Translations under genes and position numbers: made by a program | NCBI GenBank assembly: GCA_964016885.1 | Contig: OZ024745.1 | Coordinates: 49,600,001-49,664,000 of the forward strand | Direction: 5' to 3' | Length of the DNA: 64,000 nt | DNA from: Eledone cirrhosa | Taxonomy: Eukaryota | In this document: one piece after another, positions 1 to 12,269 of the stretch | How the letters are laid out: every line of letters begins with the position of its first letter | How positions within the stretch are numbered: position 1 is the first letter of the stretch | Notes under the pieces: model-generated | Database searches by the model: none | Told to the model about the DNA's origin: nothing | The model's input: the letters and a program-made list of their open reading frames with translations, nothing else

Positions 1-1083
1 TCTTTTAAGGTGCGGCGATATTCAGAATACAAAATAAATATTGAAAAATAAAGGAAAGAGCGAAATTGTATTTAACAGATACATATTAAGACTCTTTTAA
101 TGAAACACAACCAGCTTCATCAAACCTATGAACCAGGAATTTGCTGAAATATTTAATGCCTAATTTTTACAGCACACCTTCAGACTTTTGATTAAGATTT
201 TAGATGGTGAAGTTACACCTTCTGTAAAGAGGTTTTGGCATGGATACTTTTGAAAAATGTGACAAAGGCATGGCAAAAATTGGAAACAGGCACACTTAAT
301 CTTGTCTGAATTAAAATCTATTCAGAGACTGCATTACATGTTTCCTGTGTATTTGAAAAGCTAATATACGTAAAATGTTTATCTGGAGATTGTTAGGCTG
401 ACACAGTAAGGTGGAGATATTTAAATAAATGAAATTGTAGTGGAGTTCCTTGAACAGACGGAGGAGAAATATCTGAAGATGGAACTAAAATTTATCTAGT
501 GTTTTCCAGCTTTTAGATATAGCTGTGGCCATTTCACCGAAAGGATTCTCAAAATAACAGCAGTTCAGAAGTAAACAGATTTAAAATAAGTGGAAAGAAC
601 TGCCGGAAGGAATTATACAAACAGTAGGAAATGCACAACAAACTACGAACATGATTTTAAAAGTAAATAATTATCTTGTTGGTTTCTTAAATGTATGCAT
701 GACACACATATATTCAAATGTTTAGTATCAAAAGGGTTTTTGGTCTTTATTTAGAAGTTTGTGACTCGGAATATACTGAAGGAATGCAATTTGTACCATT
801 TAATATATGGTATAATTAGTTTCGCTTTAAGTCATTTCACATAAAGTCGCATTTCCATGAACCTATAAACAAATTTAAGTGAGCACTAACAATATATATA
901 TATATATATAATATAGAATGGAAAACGAAAAGTCAGTGATGCATCGGAACTCAATTTATTGTGTGTTACAATTGCCCCGTCGACAAAATTACTGCTGTTT
1001 GTCAGCTCACACTCCCACTTGCACCCCCCCCCCCATACACACACAGACACACACACAAATAGTGACAGATACATACAGAGTAG

Positions 1084-1129
<46 letters not shown>

Positions 1130-1134
1130 AAAAA

Positions 1135-1330
1135 ACAGGAGACGAAAGAGGAATACTGCGTGGTTGCACATGTGTTATATATATTATAAAATTAGTCCCT
1201 CGTCAGTGATTTGCCAACCATCATTGGTATTTCATCGCATTAAAAAATCATATACCTCAGGTTGGTGCGAGCAATAACTAAAAAAAGCTATTGGGATAAG
1301 TGAGTCGCGTAAAGCGAGTGAGACAAGTAA
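1135..1330 (-). mobile_element. Short (TA)n-flanked repeat, probable PLE pLTR 3' end; family shared with 43490-43650 and 53530-54223
   Basis: Its reverse complement aligns by eye with 43494-43640. It abuts a (TA)n tract and carries a rearranged hammerhead motif. Boundaries are approximate. Confidence 0.65.
1195..1297 (-). ncRNA. Rearranged (non-circularly permuted) hammerhead-like motif, copy A
   Basis: Minus strand reads TCC-CAATAGCT..AGTTATTG-c-TCGC-a-CCAACC-tga-GGTA-TA-TGATTT-tttaat-GCGAt-GAAA-TACC-aatgat-GGTTGG-c-AAATCA-CTGACGA-gGGAc. Confidence 0.65.
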
Positions 1331-1377
1331 ACAACATAGAAGGATAAAAGCAAACCGAAGATAGGAAAAAAACAAAC

Positions 1378-1410
<33 letters not shown>

Positions 1411-1507
1411 GAAAGAGAGGGAGAGAGTGAGAGAAAAGAAAGAAAGAAAAAAAGAGAGAAGAGGAGGAGGAAAGGAAAGCATCAGATAGAGAGATCAAGA
1501 GAAATAG

Positions 1508-1572
<65 letters not shown>

Positions 1573-1961
1573 AGAGAGAGAGAGAGGGAGAGAGAGAGTG
1601 AGAAAGGGAGAGACGTAGAGAGAGCCGGATAGAGTCAGAAAAGAACGGGGCTGAGATAAATATAGATATATGCATTGATATATAAATATATGTATGGAGA
1701 AACGTGTAAAAGTGATTGTGCTCCAGGGTGTGTATGTTTGTAGATGTGTGTGTGTGTGTGTGTGTGTTTGTTAGGAGGAACACACACAAACATACAAATA
1801 TAGATATAGATATATATATATAAATGTATGTGTGCGTGTGTTTATCTGTATATGTATACACACACACACACATATATATATATATACTCGCATCCTCACT
1901 GTGAGTGAGCCGGATGAGGGGGGGGTGAGTAAATATAAGTAGGTACGTAGCTATATATATA

Positions 1962-2020
<59 letters not shown>

Positions 2021-2029
2021 GTACATGCA

Positions 2030-2556
2030 TATATGTATACAGACGTACAGTAGTATGTATATATATACATACATGAACACATATATATATATATATGTGT
2101 GTGTACGTATTGATTTACCGAACATTTATTATAATGTTCGGTTTGTTTGTAAACAAACAGCCCGAATTACGCCGTACAGTGTTCAGGCAACCATCGTCGC
2201 CTTTTTGTTCAACACTGACACAGGAACGCTGTACTAGTTTCAAGCTTATTACCTATCGTCAGCATCGTATACCTTCCTGCCAGATGATTGAACGTCTGAA
2301 AGTATATACTTTCCTTATGCATATTAACGGCTGAGCAGCCTAATTTGCATATCGAGTGAGTTTACAAACAAACCGAACATTACAATAAATGTTCGGTAAA
2401 CCCATACGTACATATATATATGTGTGTGCATGTATGTATATATATACATACTACTGTACGTCTGTATACATATATGTATGTACGTATATATACATACTTA
2501 CATTTAAGTATCAGCCGTACTAAGAGTGAGAAATGAAATTTCGTTTTATTCTTTTC

Positions 2557-2558
<2 letters not shown>
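2030..2558 (-). mobile_element. PLE pLTR-type fragment with inverted duplication, in (TA)n; same family as 52230-53240
   Basis: About 2116-2155 is inverted at about 2361-2400. It is highly similar to 52340-53240 and contains a type I hammerhead on the minus strand. Confidence 0.7.
2227..2267 (-). ncRNA. Minimal type I hammerhead ribozyme motif
   Basis: Minus strand: cgatg-CTGACGA-taggtaataagctt-GAAA-ctag-TA-cagcg. Stem III is the palindrome CTAG; stems I and II each have a mismatch. Confidence 0.65.
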
Positions 2559-2592
<34 letters not shown>

Positions 2593-2611
2593 CATATATA
2601 TATACATATAC

Positions 2612-2670
<59 letters not shown>

Positions 2671-3199
2671 ATATGCATATGTTAGACGTATAAAAATAAA
2701 ATTATTTACGTATACACACATACAAACACACAAAGACACACACACACACACACACACATACACACATACAAAGACACACACATACACACATACAAATACG
2801 CACACACACACACACACACACATACAAAGACGCACACACACACACATACAAAGACACACACACACATACACACATACAGACATATATGTAAGACATAACA
2901 TTCAATACACTCCTCTAATGACCTCTTAATTGTACAGTGAAGAGCTTTCTTTAATAAAATATAAAAATGCTTCTCCTGTTTCCTGTTGAAGAAATAGCAA
3001 TCATTCACTAGGAGAAAATAGTCAGAGTACAGTTAGTTCATTATGTTTCACTTGTTTAGCATAAAAAGTCTAAGTATGGTCATGTTAAGATCTATGTTTG
3101 CTTCGCATGTAGGAGTGTAACTGTGAATGTGTTTGTGGCGTACGTGTAGTATATGTGTATGTATGTATATATATATGTGTGTGTGTGTGTCTGTGTGTT

Positions 3200-3242
<43 letters not shown>

Positions 3243-3254
3243 GTGGTGTTATAT

Positions 3255-3438
3255 GTGGATTGGCAGTATCGGTAGAGGGTCGGACGCCATGCTTTCCAGC
3301 ATAGTTACGTCCCTTTACGATCTGAGTTCAAATCCCGCCGAGGTTGACTTTGCCTTTCATCCTTACGGGGTCGATAAAATAAAGTACCAGTAATGCACTG
3401 GGTAATTGCTGGCCTTGTGCCTAAAGTAGAAACAGTTA
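3255..3438 (+). mobile_element. tRNA-derived SINE (Deu/Nin-like core), short young subfamily
   Basis: A-box-like TGGCAGTATCGG, B-box GAGTTCAAATCCC, core CTTTGCCTTTCATCCTTACGGGGTCGATAAAATAAAGTACCAG. Nearly identical to 56305-56485. Confidence 0.85.
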
Positions 3439-3448
3439 TATATATATG

Positions 3449-3503
<55 letters not shown>

Positions 3504-3504
3504 G

Positions 3505-3541
<37 letters not shown>

Positions 3542-3619
3542 TGAGAGAGATACATGAACACATACATACATGCATACACATATACACACATATATATACA
3601 TATACACACACATACACAC

Positions 3620-3650
<31 letters not shown>

Positions 3651-4038
3651 CGCACATACACACACACATATATATACATATACATACGCACATACACACA
3701 CATACACACACACACCGATGTGTATATAAATATAGAATTCCATGTGTGTGTGTGCGTGCGTTTCAATAAATTCAGCCGTTTTAATTACGTGGAATATATT
3801 ATAATGGCAAGCTTATTTTAACTTTTGAACCTATTGATTCTATAACAGTCAGTCCTGTCTCACATCCTGAAACAGTCGCTCTCTTAACAGTACAAACAAA
3901 GTCCATCAAAAAATATCTTTGTTTATGTAACTATTTATAGTAATATTTTATATTCTAAGGATGTTGAGTTATTGTGAATATATTTGTACTACTGGCTATC
4001 GTTGTTGAACTATATTATAGACTGAACAAACAAACAAA

Positions 4039-4096
<58 letters not shown>

Positions 4097-4272
4097 ATAT
4101 ATATATATATATATAGTATTAAGGATACTATTTATGGTTATGTATATACTAAAACTTTTTATAGTTATATATATTTTAAACCCTAAACAGTGAAAGACAG
4201 TAATTTATTACTACCTTATTACCAGTAAGATAAATAGCTCAATGTAATAACATCAGTTGTTCTACAGAGCAG

Positions 4273-4330
<58 letters not shown>

Positions 4331-4397
4331 AGATAAATCTTAGTATATATGAGTTAATTCATGTGTGATAAACAAGCATTACATAATATTGTTTCGC

Positions 4398-4903
4398 TTA
4401 GGGGTCAACCGAATAAGACTGCGGCTCGGGCTCAGAAAATCCTGCCATTATGTCTAGAGAAGTCAGCGGACATTTCAAAGTGTAGCCTAGAGAATGGCTA
4501 ACAATGTGTCAAATACTGCCAGGTATTGCATAGAGGGTAACTGAAATTGACATTTTGTGGATGGAGATAACTCCACTTAACTGGAGATGAAAAATTGATC
4601 CATTATCACAATTTTAAGCGCTGTCTTCAGTGACTTAATCATGAGGATAGACCTATCCAGCAGACGAGAAGAGACTAACCTCCAGAGAAGATACTGTTAA
4701 GTGTGTGGTGGAATCCTAATAATACCCATCCTTATACTGCATGAATAACCAAATACCTCATTGAGAAAATAAACTGGAAAGATTTTTTCCAGGCTTGTTC
4801 TGATTGCTTAGGTGTTTACAAAATCATTTATATGGATTTGCACTTCAAACATCAAGAGAGGAGATCGAAAAAGAGCTAGTCCTCTATTTTACACCAACTC
4901 CTA
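4398..4903 (+). pseudogene. Degenerate, internally deleted mariner-type transposase relic
   Basis: Translated patches LTGDEKLIHYHN (~4577) and KILLSVWW (~4688) resemble mariner TGDEKW and KxMLxVWW motifs. Ends TTAGG...CCTAA. Confidence 0.55.
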
Positions 4904-5002
4904 AATAATTTTATAAACATAACATCTAAGAGCATGTTGACATTAGATTGTTAGAAAGCAATGAAGAATATATCACTAATTAAATACATCCATTGACATT
5001 AC

Positions 5003-5093
<91 letters not shown>

Positions 5094-5150
5094 CACATAC
5101 GTACCTACATACAAACACCCGCACGTACACACGTTCACACACACGCACAG

Positions 5151-5213
<63 letters not shown>

Positions 5214-5874
5214 TATATGTATGTGTGTGTGTGTTTGTGCGTGTGTGAACATTTATTTTTGTGTGTATGTATGCGTGTAACCCGTGAATGTTTTTATTCA
5301 TTCACGTTTCTAATAACTTCGACAAAATTCGGGAAGATGCTCTTCAATTCTCAAGTAGTGTGTTTTGTGCCCCTTTATCAGGAAGAAAGGTTTTATTTTG
5401 TGATTCATGTTTTCCTTGGTTGTAGAATTATAATCAAAACAGTATAGAGATTGTTAAGCATAATCTTACGTGTGAAACATTTCTAATCACTACACTTACT
5501 TAATGAGTTGTTTATTGCTTCAGTGTTTCCTTAAATAGATAGCCATTGAAATACTAAGTATTAGAGCATCTAATGGGAGTGATAAACTGAACTAGAAAAT
5601 CATTTTTTTAACAGCCACGCTATAGTTTCAAGGACGTAAAAGTGGGAACGGTTTGAAGTGGTAGAAAGTGATAATGTACCTAATTGATGATACACAATAG
5701 AGTTGTAACACTTCTCGTTTCCTTCGTTGTCCTTTTATAGACAACCAATGTTAACAAAGTACAGCGATTGTTCAATGAATGTTGAAATTTATATACATTC
5801 ATTATTATGTACCAGTAATACACTAGGATCATTGCTGGCCTTGTGCCAAAAATAAAAACAATTATTATTATTAT

Positions 5875-6093
5875 CGGTGGATTGGCAGTATAGGTAGAGC
5901 GTCTGACACCGTGATTTGCAGCATAGAGTTCCGGCCCTTTACGTTCTGAGTTCAAATCTCGCCGAGGTTAGCTTTGTCTTTCATCCTTACAGGGTTGATA
6001 AAATAAAGCACCAGTAATGTACTAGGGTCGATTTAATCGACTTTCCACTCCCCTTCAAATTGCTGGCCTTGTGCCTAAAGTAGAAACAATTAT
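5875..6093 (+). mobile_element. tRNA-derived SINE, long variant, preceded by a SINE tail fragment (5808-5870)
   Basis: Same head, core and GCTGGCCTTGTGCCTAAAGTAGAAAC tail as the other copies. Confidence 0.85.
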
Positions 6094-6104
6094 CATTGTT
6101 TGAC

Positions 6105-6156
6105 GTCGTCGTCGTCGTCGTTGTTGTTGTTGTTGTTGTTGCTGTTGCTGTTGTTG

Positions 6157-6201
<45 letters not shown>
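6105..6201 (+). repeat. Compound trinucleotide microsatellite (GTC)n-(GTT)n-(GCT)n
   Basis: Read directly. Confidence 0.95.
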
Positions 6202-6899
6202 AGGTCAACTAACACTAATAATCTAGAAAAGTATTGCAATGATAAACCTCCTTATCAGAGCACAAGTATGTAAACTCGAGAACAATCTGCAAATAACTAA
6301 TGTGATTTATAAATTTAACTGTAAAAGTGAAAGATGTAAACTTCATGACTCCAGCTTTTACGGTGGCCAAACAACACTCACTCGTTGGTTGACGGTGTAT
6401 TTAAAAGACCAATTACAACATACAACACTACTCACGATAAAAAGAAAGGTCAACGTTGGTGGACAATATTGGATAGAATTCCTCAGAAAAATAGTCCATT
6501 AATTATGGAAACATTATATTACACAATGCTAAAATAAACAAACAAACAATACGCACAACACCTGAAGAATGCTGTAGTCTATAAAATGCTACAAAAATAA
6601 ATTACCTCCGTTTGTCTGAAACACTGTGCAAAGCTGCACACTCCAATGATAGCTTCAAAGAAACAGCATCTGCTACATTTCACCGAGACTATCTTGCCAA
6701 CTTCACCTAAATCTACTGATACGAAAGAAAATACTGTATTTGCATAATTAAGAAAATGCAACACTCAAACTGCAACAATGCACCTCATACGATAAATGAA
6801 CGCATGACAGAATGTGCAATATGGTGTTTGACTCGTTAGAGGCACAATATATCAATAGATCATATGTATCACAGCTAGTCATTTTCCGACTACATTCGT

Positions 6900-8500
6900 A
6901 ACATACGTCTGTTTGATCATCTTATAACTGTTGCAGCCAGTCATTGGAGTTCCACTCTAAACATTCTGACAGTCAGCAATCGCCACTGATATCTGTATTT
7001 CATCATATGCAAAAGGACTGTAGTTTTGAAACCTTTCCAATCCTTGATATTGTCGGACCAGTATTTTCTTTGTCTTCCTTATATTTACCCTCCTTCAACT
7101 GTGACCATAAAAATGATTTTGACAGGGACTCGTAACGGGATGTCCGTACTATGTGAGCTTTTGTATTTTTACTGTTGCAAGGTGTGATTCCTTTCTGTCA
7201 GTATATTTGTTGACTTGCTGTCTGACAGCGTTGTTTTGTCTTGTTCACTGTGCATGAGATGCGTATATTGAAGTACTTATGTTCAAACGCCTGGATTCTC
7301 CATTCCAACTGTTTAACATTTGTAAACATACTTCTACAGTCTCGTTAACTAGACTCACTTTAAGATGCAATTGCGGTTGCTATAAATACTTCAGTTGAGT
7401 AAATTTCAATATAACATTTAAAAAATAAATGCAATCAGAAGTTCATCTCAGAAATACAAAAGATGTATTTAATCGTTGGAAAAACTATTTGAGATGCATA
7501 TTTAAACTTTGCAACTCCAGCTGTCACAGTTACAATACCGCATTTTAAAACATTTTTCACTCACTCAATAGTTGTATTAAAAGCTAATTATTGGCACATT
7601 TGCTATAAATTACATGGTTAACTATACTTTGGTTCGCTATTATGTTAGTCATATTGAATATTAAGAAAAGTCAATCCGCAAGCAGATGCTACATATTTGC
7701 TTGCAATTGCATTTGACCTCCATTACTGTGGAGTTTAGACAATGCCTAAATATAGAGGAAGAAGATGAAACAACATTTTCAAGTTATAGTCTGGTTAAAT
7801 GACGGTTACATTCCTTGCTTTTAACCTTTTTATTATATTCAGAGAGAATGGTAATTAAATCTGTTATTTTAAACAAACTTTACGTAAACTTTTACGAGAA
7901 TTAGGTGGACGATCAGTATTACACAAAAATACTTTACAATTCTTGTATTTTATTGCTGTGGCTGTTTGGGTGTTTGGCATTATTTTTTCGATAAAATATT
8001 TTCAAGATTTCATTGATACATTCTTTCCATAATCTCACTGGCTAAACCTTCAGAACTATTAAATACAGCTTACAAAGTTGACTTAATAACTTCCCAAAAT
8101 TAAATGTCAAATATATATGACGATTCAAAATATCTTTTTTAAATAATAACCAAAAACGATGAAATATATTCTTATGGTTTATCAGATAAGCATGGAGGAT
8201 TTTCTTTACAGCCTACCATACATGCAGACAAATGAGTAATAGATAATTGTCAATTGTTCCTGAACACCACGTGCATGTTTGAAGGTGCACGGCTTAGAAG
8301 TCAACTTCTTGAGCAACTTATTTTTTTTTTCATGCTGCTCTTAGTACAAACGGCAACAGAAGGGTTTGACCTTCCGAATGATTGACGTCTCGTCCAATAA
8401 ATGGTCTTGCACTCTCAATCGCCTGTACTATCTCCAGTCTATTGATTTTCTAGGCTCATGAAAGATGTCAACCTGTTTTTTTCCTGCACGACGAATCAGT
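6900..8500 (-). pseudogene. Possible highly decayed Mutator (MULE)-like transposase
   Basis: Only short minus-strand patches: RPFIGRDV near 8385-8410 (MULE RPxIxxDG-like) and EVKCNCKQ near 7697-7720 (SWIM-like). No open frame. Confidence 0.2.
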
Positions 8501-9002
8501 AACAACATTTATGTTCTTGGCATTAATATATTTATTAAGTGAAATATTCTACAAGAATCTTATATAAAGTTCATATTTTTCTGTTTGCCTAAAAGACTAG
8601 TATTTGATACAGCTAATGACGTATGTAAAATGATTATTTCTAATCCAGTCTTTGATGTTTTTGTGTTTGTGTGTACGTCGATAAGAATTTCTTTCAGAAT
8701 ATGTCTGTACGAAAGTATGAACGTGTGCCCAAGTGAGCATCTTGTGGGTGTGTTTAAATATGTGCCTGTGTGTGAGTTCATATGTATAAACTTGTGTGCG
8801 TGTGTGGGCGTGTCGGCTTTTGCATATAAAGTTCGCGAGATGTTTTCGATTAAAACTGAAAATGTTCGTATTGGCTAATTAATTAGTATGTTACTAAGTT
8901 ATCAAATTGATTAATTAGTTTGTATTATTTCAAATAAATGAATAAATCCTCAAATTGAAAATATTGAAAATATTTTACATGATATTCAAATATAGTTAAA
9001 AT

Positions 9003-9254
9003 CTCACAACCAACATTCTATAATTACTAGCTCAGAACATCACAACCAACATACTACAATTACTATCCCAGAACATCACAACCAGCATACTACAATGACT
9101 ATCCTAGAGAGACACAACTAGCATACTACAATGTCTCGCCCAGAAAAACACAACCAAAATGTTATAATGGCTAACTTAGAGCATCACAACCAGCATACTA
9201 CAATTATTAGGGCAGAGACACACACCTAACATGTTGTGATGACTAAGCCAGAGA
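9003..9254 (+). repeat. Degenerate 36-bp tandem repeat, about 7 units
   Basis: Consensus approximately CATCACAACCAGCATACTACAATKACTAKCCCAGAR. Confidence 0.85.
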
Positions 9255-11224
9255 GGCGCCGCTCTATCTCTTTGTCTAGTCTACTGCTACTACAACGGCT
9301 TTTGCTTTTCTGAATTATAGTCTATCCAGCACATGAGTCTCTCATCATCTTGTCACTCTTGTCCTACTGTGTCTCACCTTCCAGTCCTACTGTGTCAGAT
9401 CCAACTCTAAAGAGTTCGACTAAATATTCCTCCTTTAGAATTCTTTCTTTGCTATATTATGTTTCCTGCAGGCAGCAAATTTTGGGCCTTTCGGCTAAGC
9501 ATTAACTGCACTAAACCTATTGTTTAACCCTTTCGTTACCACATTTCAAATGGAAGACTACCTATGATTTTCAAATCATTTTGAAAATAACCAATAATTT
9601 GAAGTGATTTAGTAAAATAACTTTCTCATTATTAAGCTGAGGTTAAGAACACAGCTTAACAAAGATTCTTGCATAAAATTATGATGGAAGTTTTTTTGTT
9701 TTTTTGTTTTTTTGTTTTTACAGATTTGTATCATAGAACCAGGGGTGGTTTCAGGCGGATTGGTAAAGAAAGCAATAACAAAACAATCTTTGGATTAGAA
9801 GGACCATATTACCTGATGTTAATTTCCTTTGTTTTTTTTAAGACAGCAAAATGTGATTCAAGGGAGATTTCACATTATTTCTGAAAGAGCAAGCGACCAT
9901 ATAGATGCTCCGTAGTACGCCCGGTGTGATTCTGCTTATGTAGATGGAAACGTTTTACTCATCAAAATATTATTTACTTTAAATTAACAAGGTTTCTGCT
10001 AAACGTCATACTAAGATTTGGTTTTATATTTCCTTCAAATATTAACTGAAGAACTAATTATTTTTAATTTTACTCCAGTTATTTTTCTTTTTACCGTTAT
10101 AAGATGGTATTTTAAATAATTTCTTTTAAAATTGAAAGACATACATACCTCTGATATTTAAGATCGTTCAAGATTAGGAAAAAATTACTCTAATCATTTT
10201 AATTACAACAGAAAAATACATTTCTATTACAAAGCAAGCATTCTCTGAAACATGTTGGGACAAATAAAATGGTGTCATTTGCGATGTTAAACGTTAGCGG
10301 AAATGAAGAGCTGTTGTAGAGTGATTACATTGATCGTAACCGTGAGAATGTGTTTCACTTACTACATCTGATAGTATATATTAATTTTGATTTTAATTAA
10401 TTCTAATTATCTACATATTTTCCATGAGAGGAAAAGAATGTACCAGTTACTCTAATATGTCTCACCTATCCGTGTCTGTGATACATTTCTCAAGCATTTT
10501 CCTTAATCAAATAACATAATGTTTTTATTTGTATTGCTGTTTATTTTCGTTTAATTTGTTTATCAGTATCGTTGAAAACGTTTTTCTTTAGCTTTGACTC
10601 CTTTGTTAATTCGAGGTCACTGCCATTTTTCTGCTAAGAAAATTAAAAGACTCTACCCACAGTTAATGTTTGAACGTTTTATATATTATGGTATGTCAAA
10701 CACACATATAGAGGAACCGCGCTTGGGCACTTATGATTTCGAACAGATCCTTTTAACTATTCGGCCATGTGTATGCGCGTGTGCAATGAACTAAGGATTC
10801 ATATATTGTATATGGAGTTAATACAATATTATTAATAGTGACGGTTTACTTCGAGGTTTCACCGACGTTACTGGCTTATCAAATAATGAGATAAATCTTT
10901 CTCTATGTATAGCCTGAACTATCATTTAACAGAAATTCAATTTAACTTTCGTAATCCACCACACACAAGTTCACACAGAGGTCAAACGCAACCAAATTAT
11001 AGAAAACTCATTCATACAAGAGGTTCCCACATAGTTGCAATTAAAACAATAACACCTATCTCCTCTCAAAGGACAATGCCTAACGAAAGATCTGCTGAAC
11101 AATATACATTCAATAACATTGATTAGTGTTCTCGGTTGTATATATGTTTAAATGCGAACACTTGAAAAAATAAAAAAAATAAAAGCTACTGCCAGCATAA
11201 TTTTCCATTTAAAACACAATAATG

Positions 11225-11432
11225 TTGTCTAATTTAGGCGTAAAGCCAAATAATTTTGAGGGTAGGGGCAAGTCAATTAAATCGACCCCAGTACTTGACT
11301 GGTACTTTATTTTATATCTACCCTAGAAGAATAACAGGCACAGTTGACTTTGGTGGGGTTAGAAGTCAGCGCCCCAACTAAATGCTGTAAGGTGTTTTGT
11401 CCGACATTTTAATGATTCTGTCAATCCACTGA
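11225..11432 (-). mobile_element. Degenerate tRNA-derived SINE
   Basis: Reverse-complement core CTGGTACTTTATTTTAT...GGCACAGTTGAC. Confidence 0.7.
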
Positions 11433-12002
11433 CCTACTTAAACACAATAATAGAAAGTCTAGCAGCTCACTATTTCTATACGCCTGAGGCGTACTATTGC
11501 TTATTATTTAGATTAGAGTATTAAGAAATAAATGTTCTACGGTCACAAGACAATGGTAAGAATTAGTCACATTCTTGTTGCAAGCCGGAAATATTAAAAC
11601 CAAGTTGGAAACAATTGTTTCTGTGAAATAGAAAAATAGAAAGTATACACAACATCGCTATACATTGTTATGTTATACAAAGTGGTTACAAGGTGAAACT
11701 ATGTTAGTTGCTAAACATATTTGTTGATTCAGTCCGACCCCAAGAAAGCATATATTTATCAAAATAGTTTACTACTTGCTAGACAGCACTTCTTACGGTT
11801 TAGAACAAGGATCCACAAACCTTTTAAACCATCGATCCCTTCTTCGAATTTTTCACCACTCATCGATCCCAGGCATGTATAAAAATAGGTAAATAAATCA
11901 GTAAACAGAATATAAAATAAATATAAAATAAATATTAATTATATATAAATCAGAAATCTGTATAAGAAAGTTGTTTTTTATTGTATTATTCTATGTGCAG
12001 CA

Positions 12003-12180
12003 GTTTGGCAGTATCGGTAGAGCATCGGACAACATGCTTCGTGGCATAGAGTTATGGGGCTTCACGTTCTGTATTCAAATCCCGCCGAGGTTAGTTTTGC
12101 CTTTCATTCTTACGGGGTTTAATCGACTTTCCACGCTCCTTCAAATTGCTGGCCTTGTGCCTAAAGTAGAAACAATTATT
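12003..12180 (+). mobile_element. tRNA-derived SINE with internal deletion
   Basis: Head and tail match the family. Confidence 0.8.
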
Positions 12181-12269
12181 TTATGTATTATATTTTATGA
12201 AACACATGTCAGCTGTTTCTTTACTTCTCTGTCCATGTCTATCTATCTATCTATCTATCTATCTATTTA

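Noticed and set aside
1-800. Possible host exon or transposase
   Set aside because: Composition is slightly coding-like, but frames are interrupted and I recognise no motif.
2341-2352. Octamer ATTTGCAT as an snRNA-type regulatory site
   Set aside because: It lies inside a PLE pLTR (also near 52786) with no snRNA body nearby.
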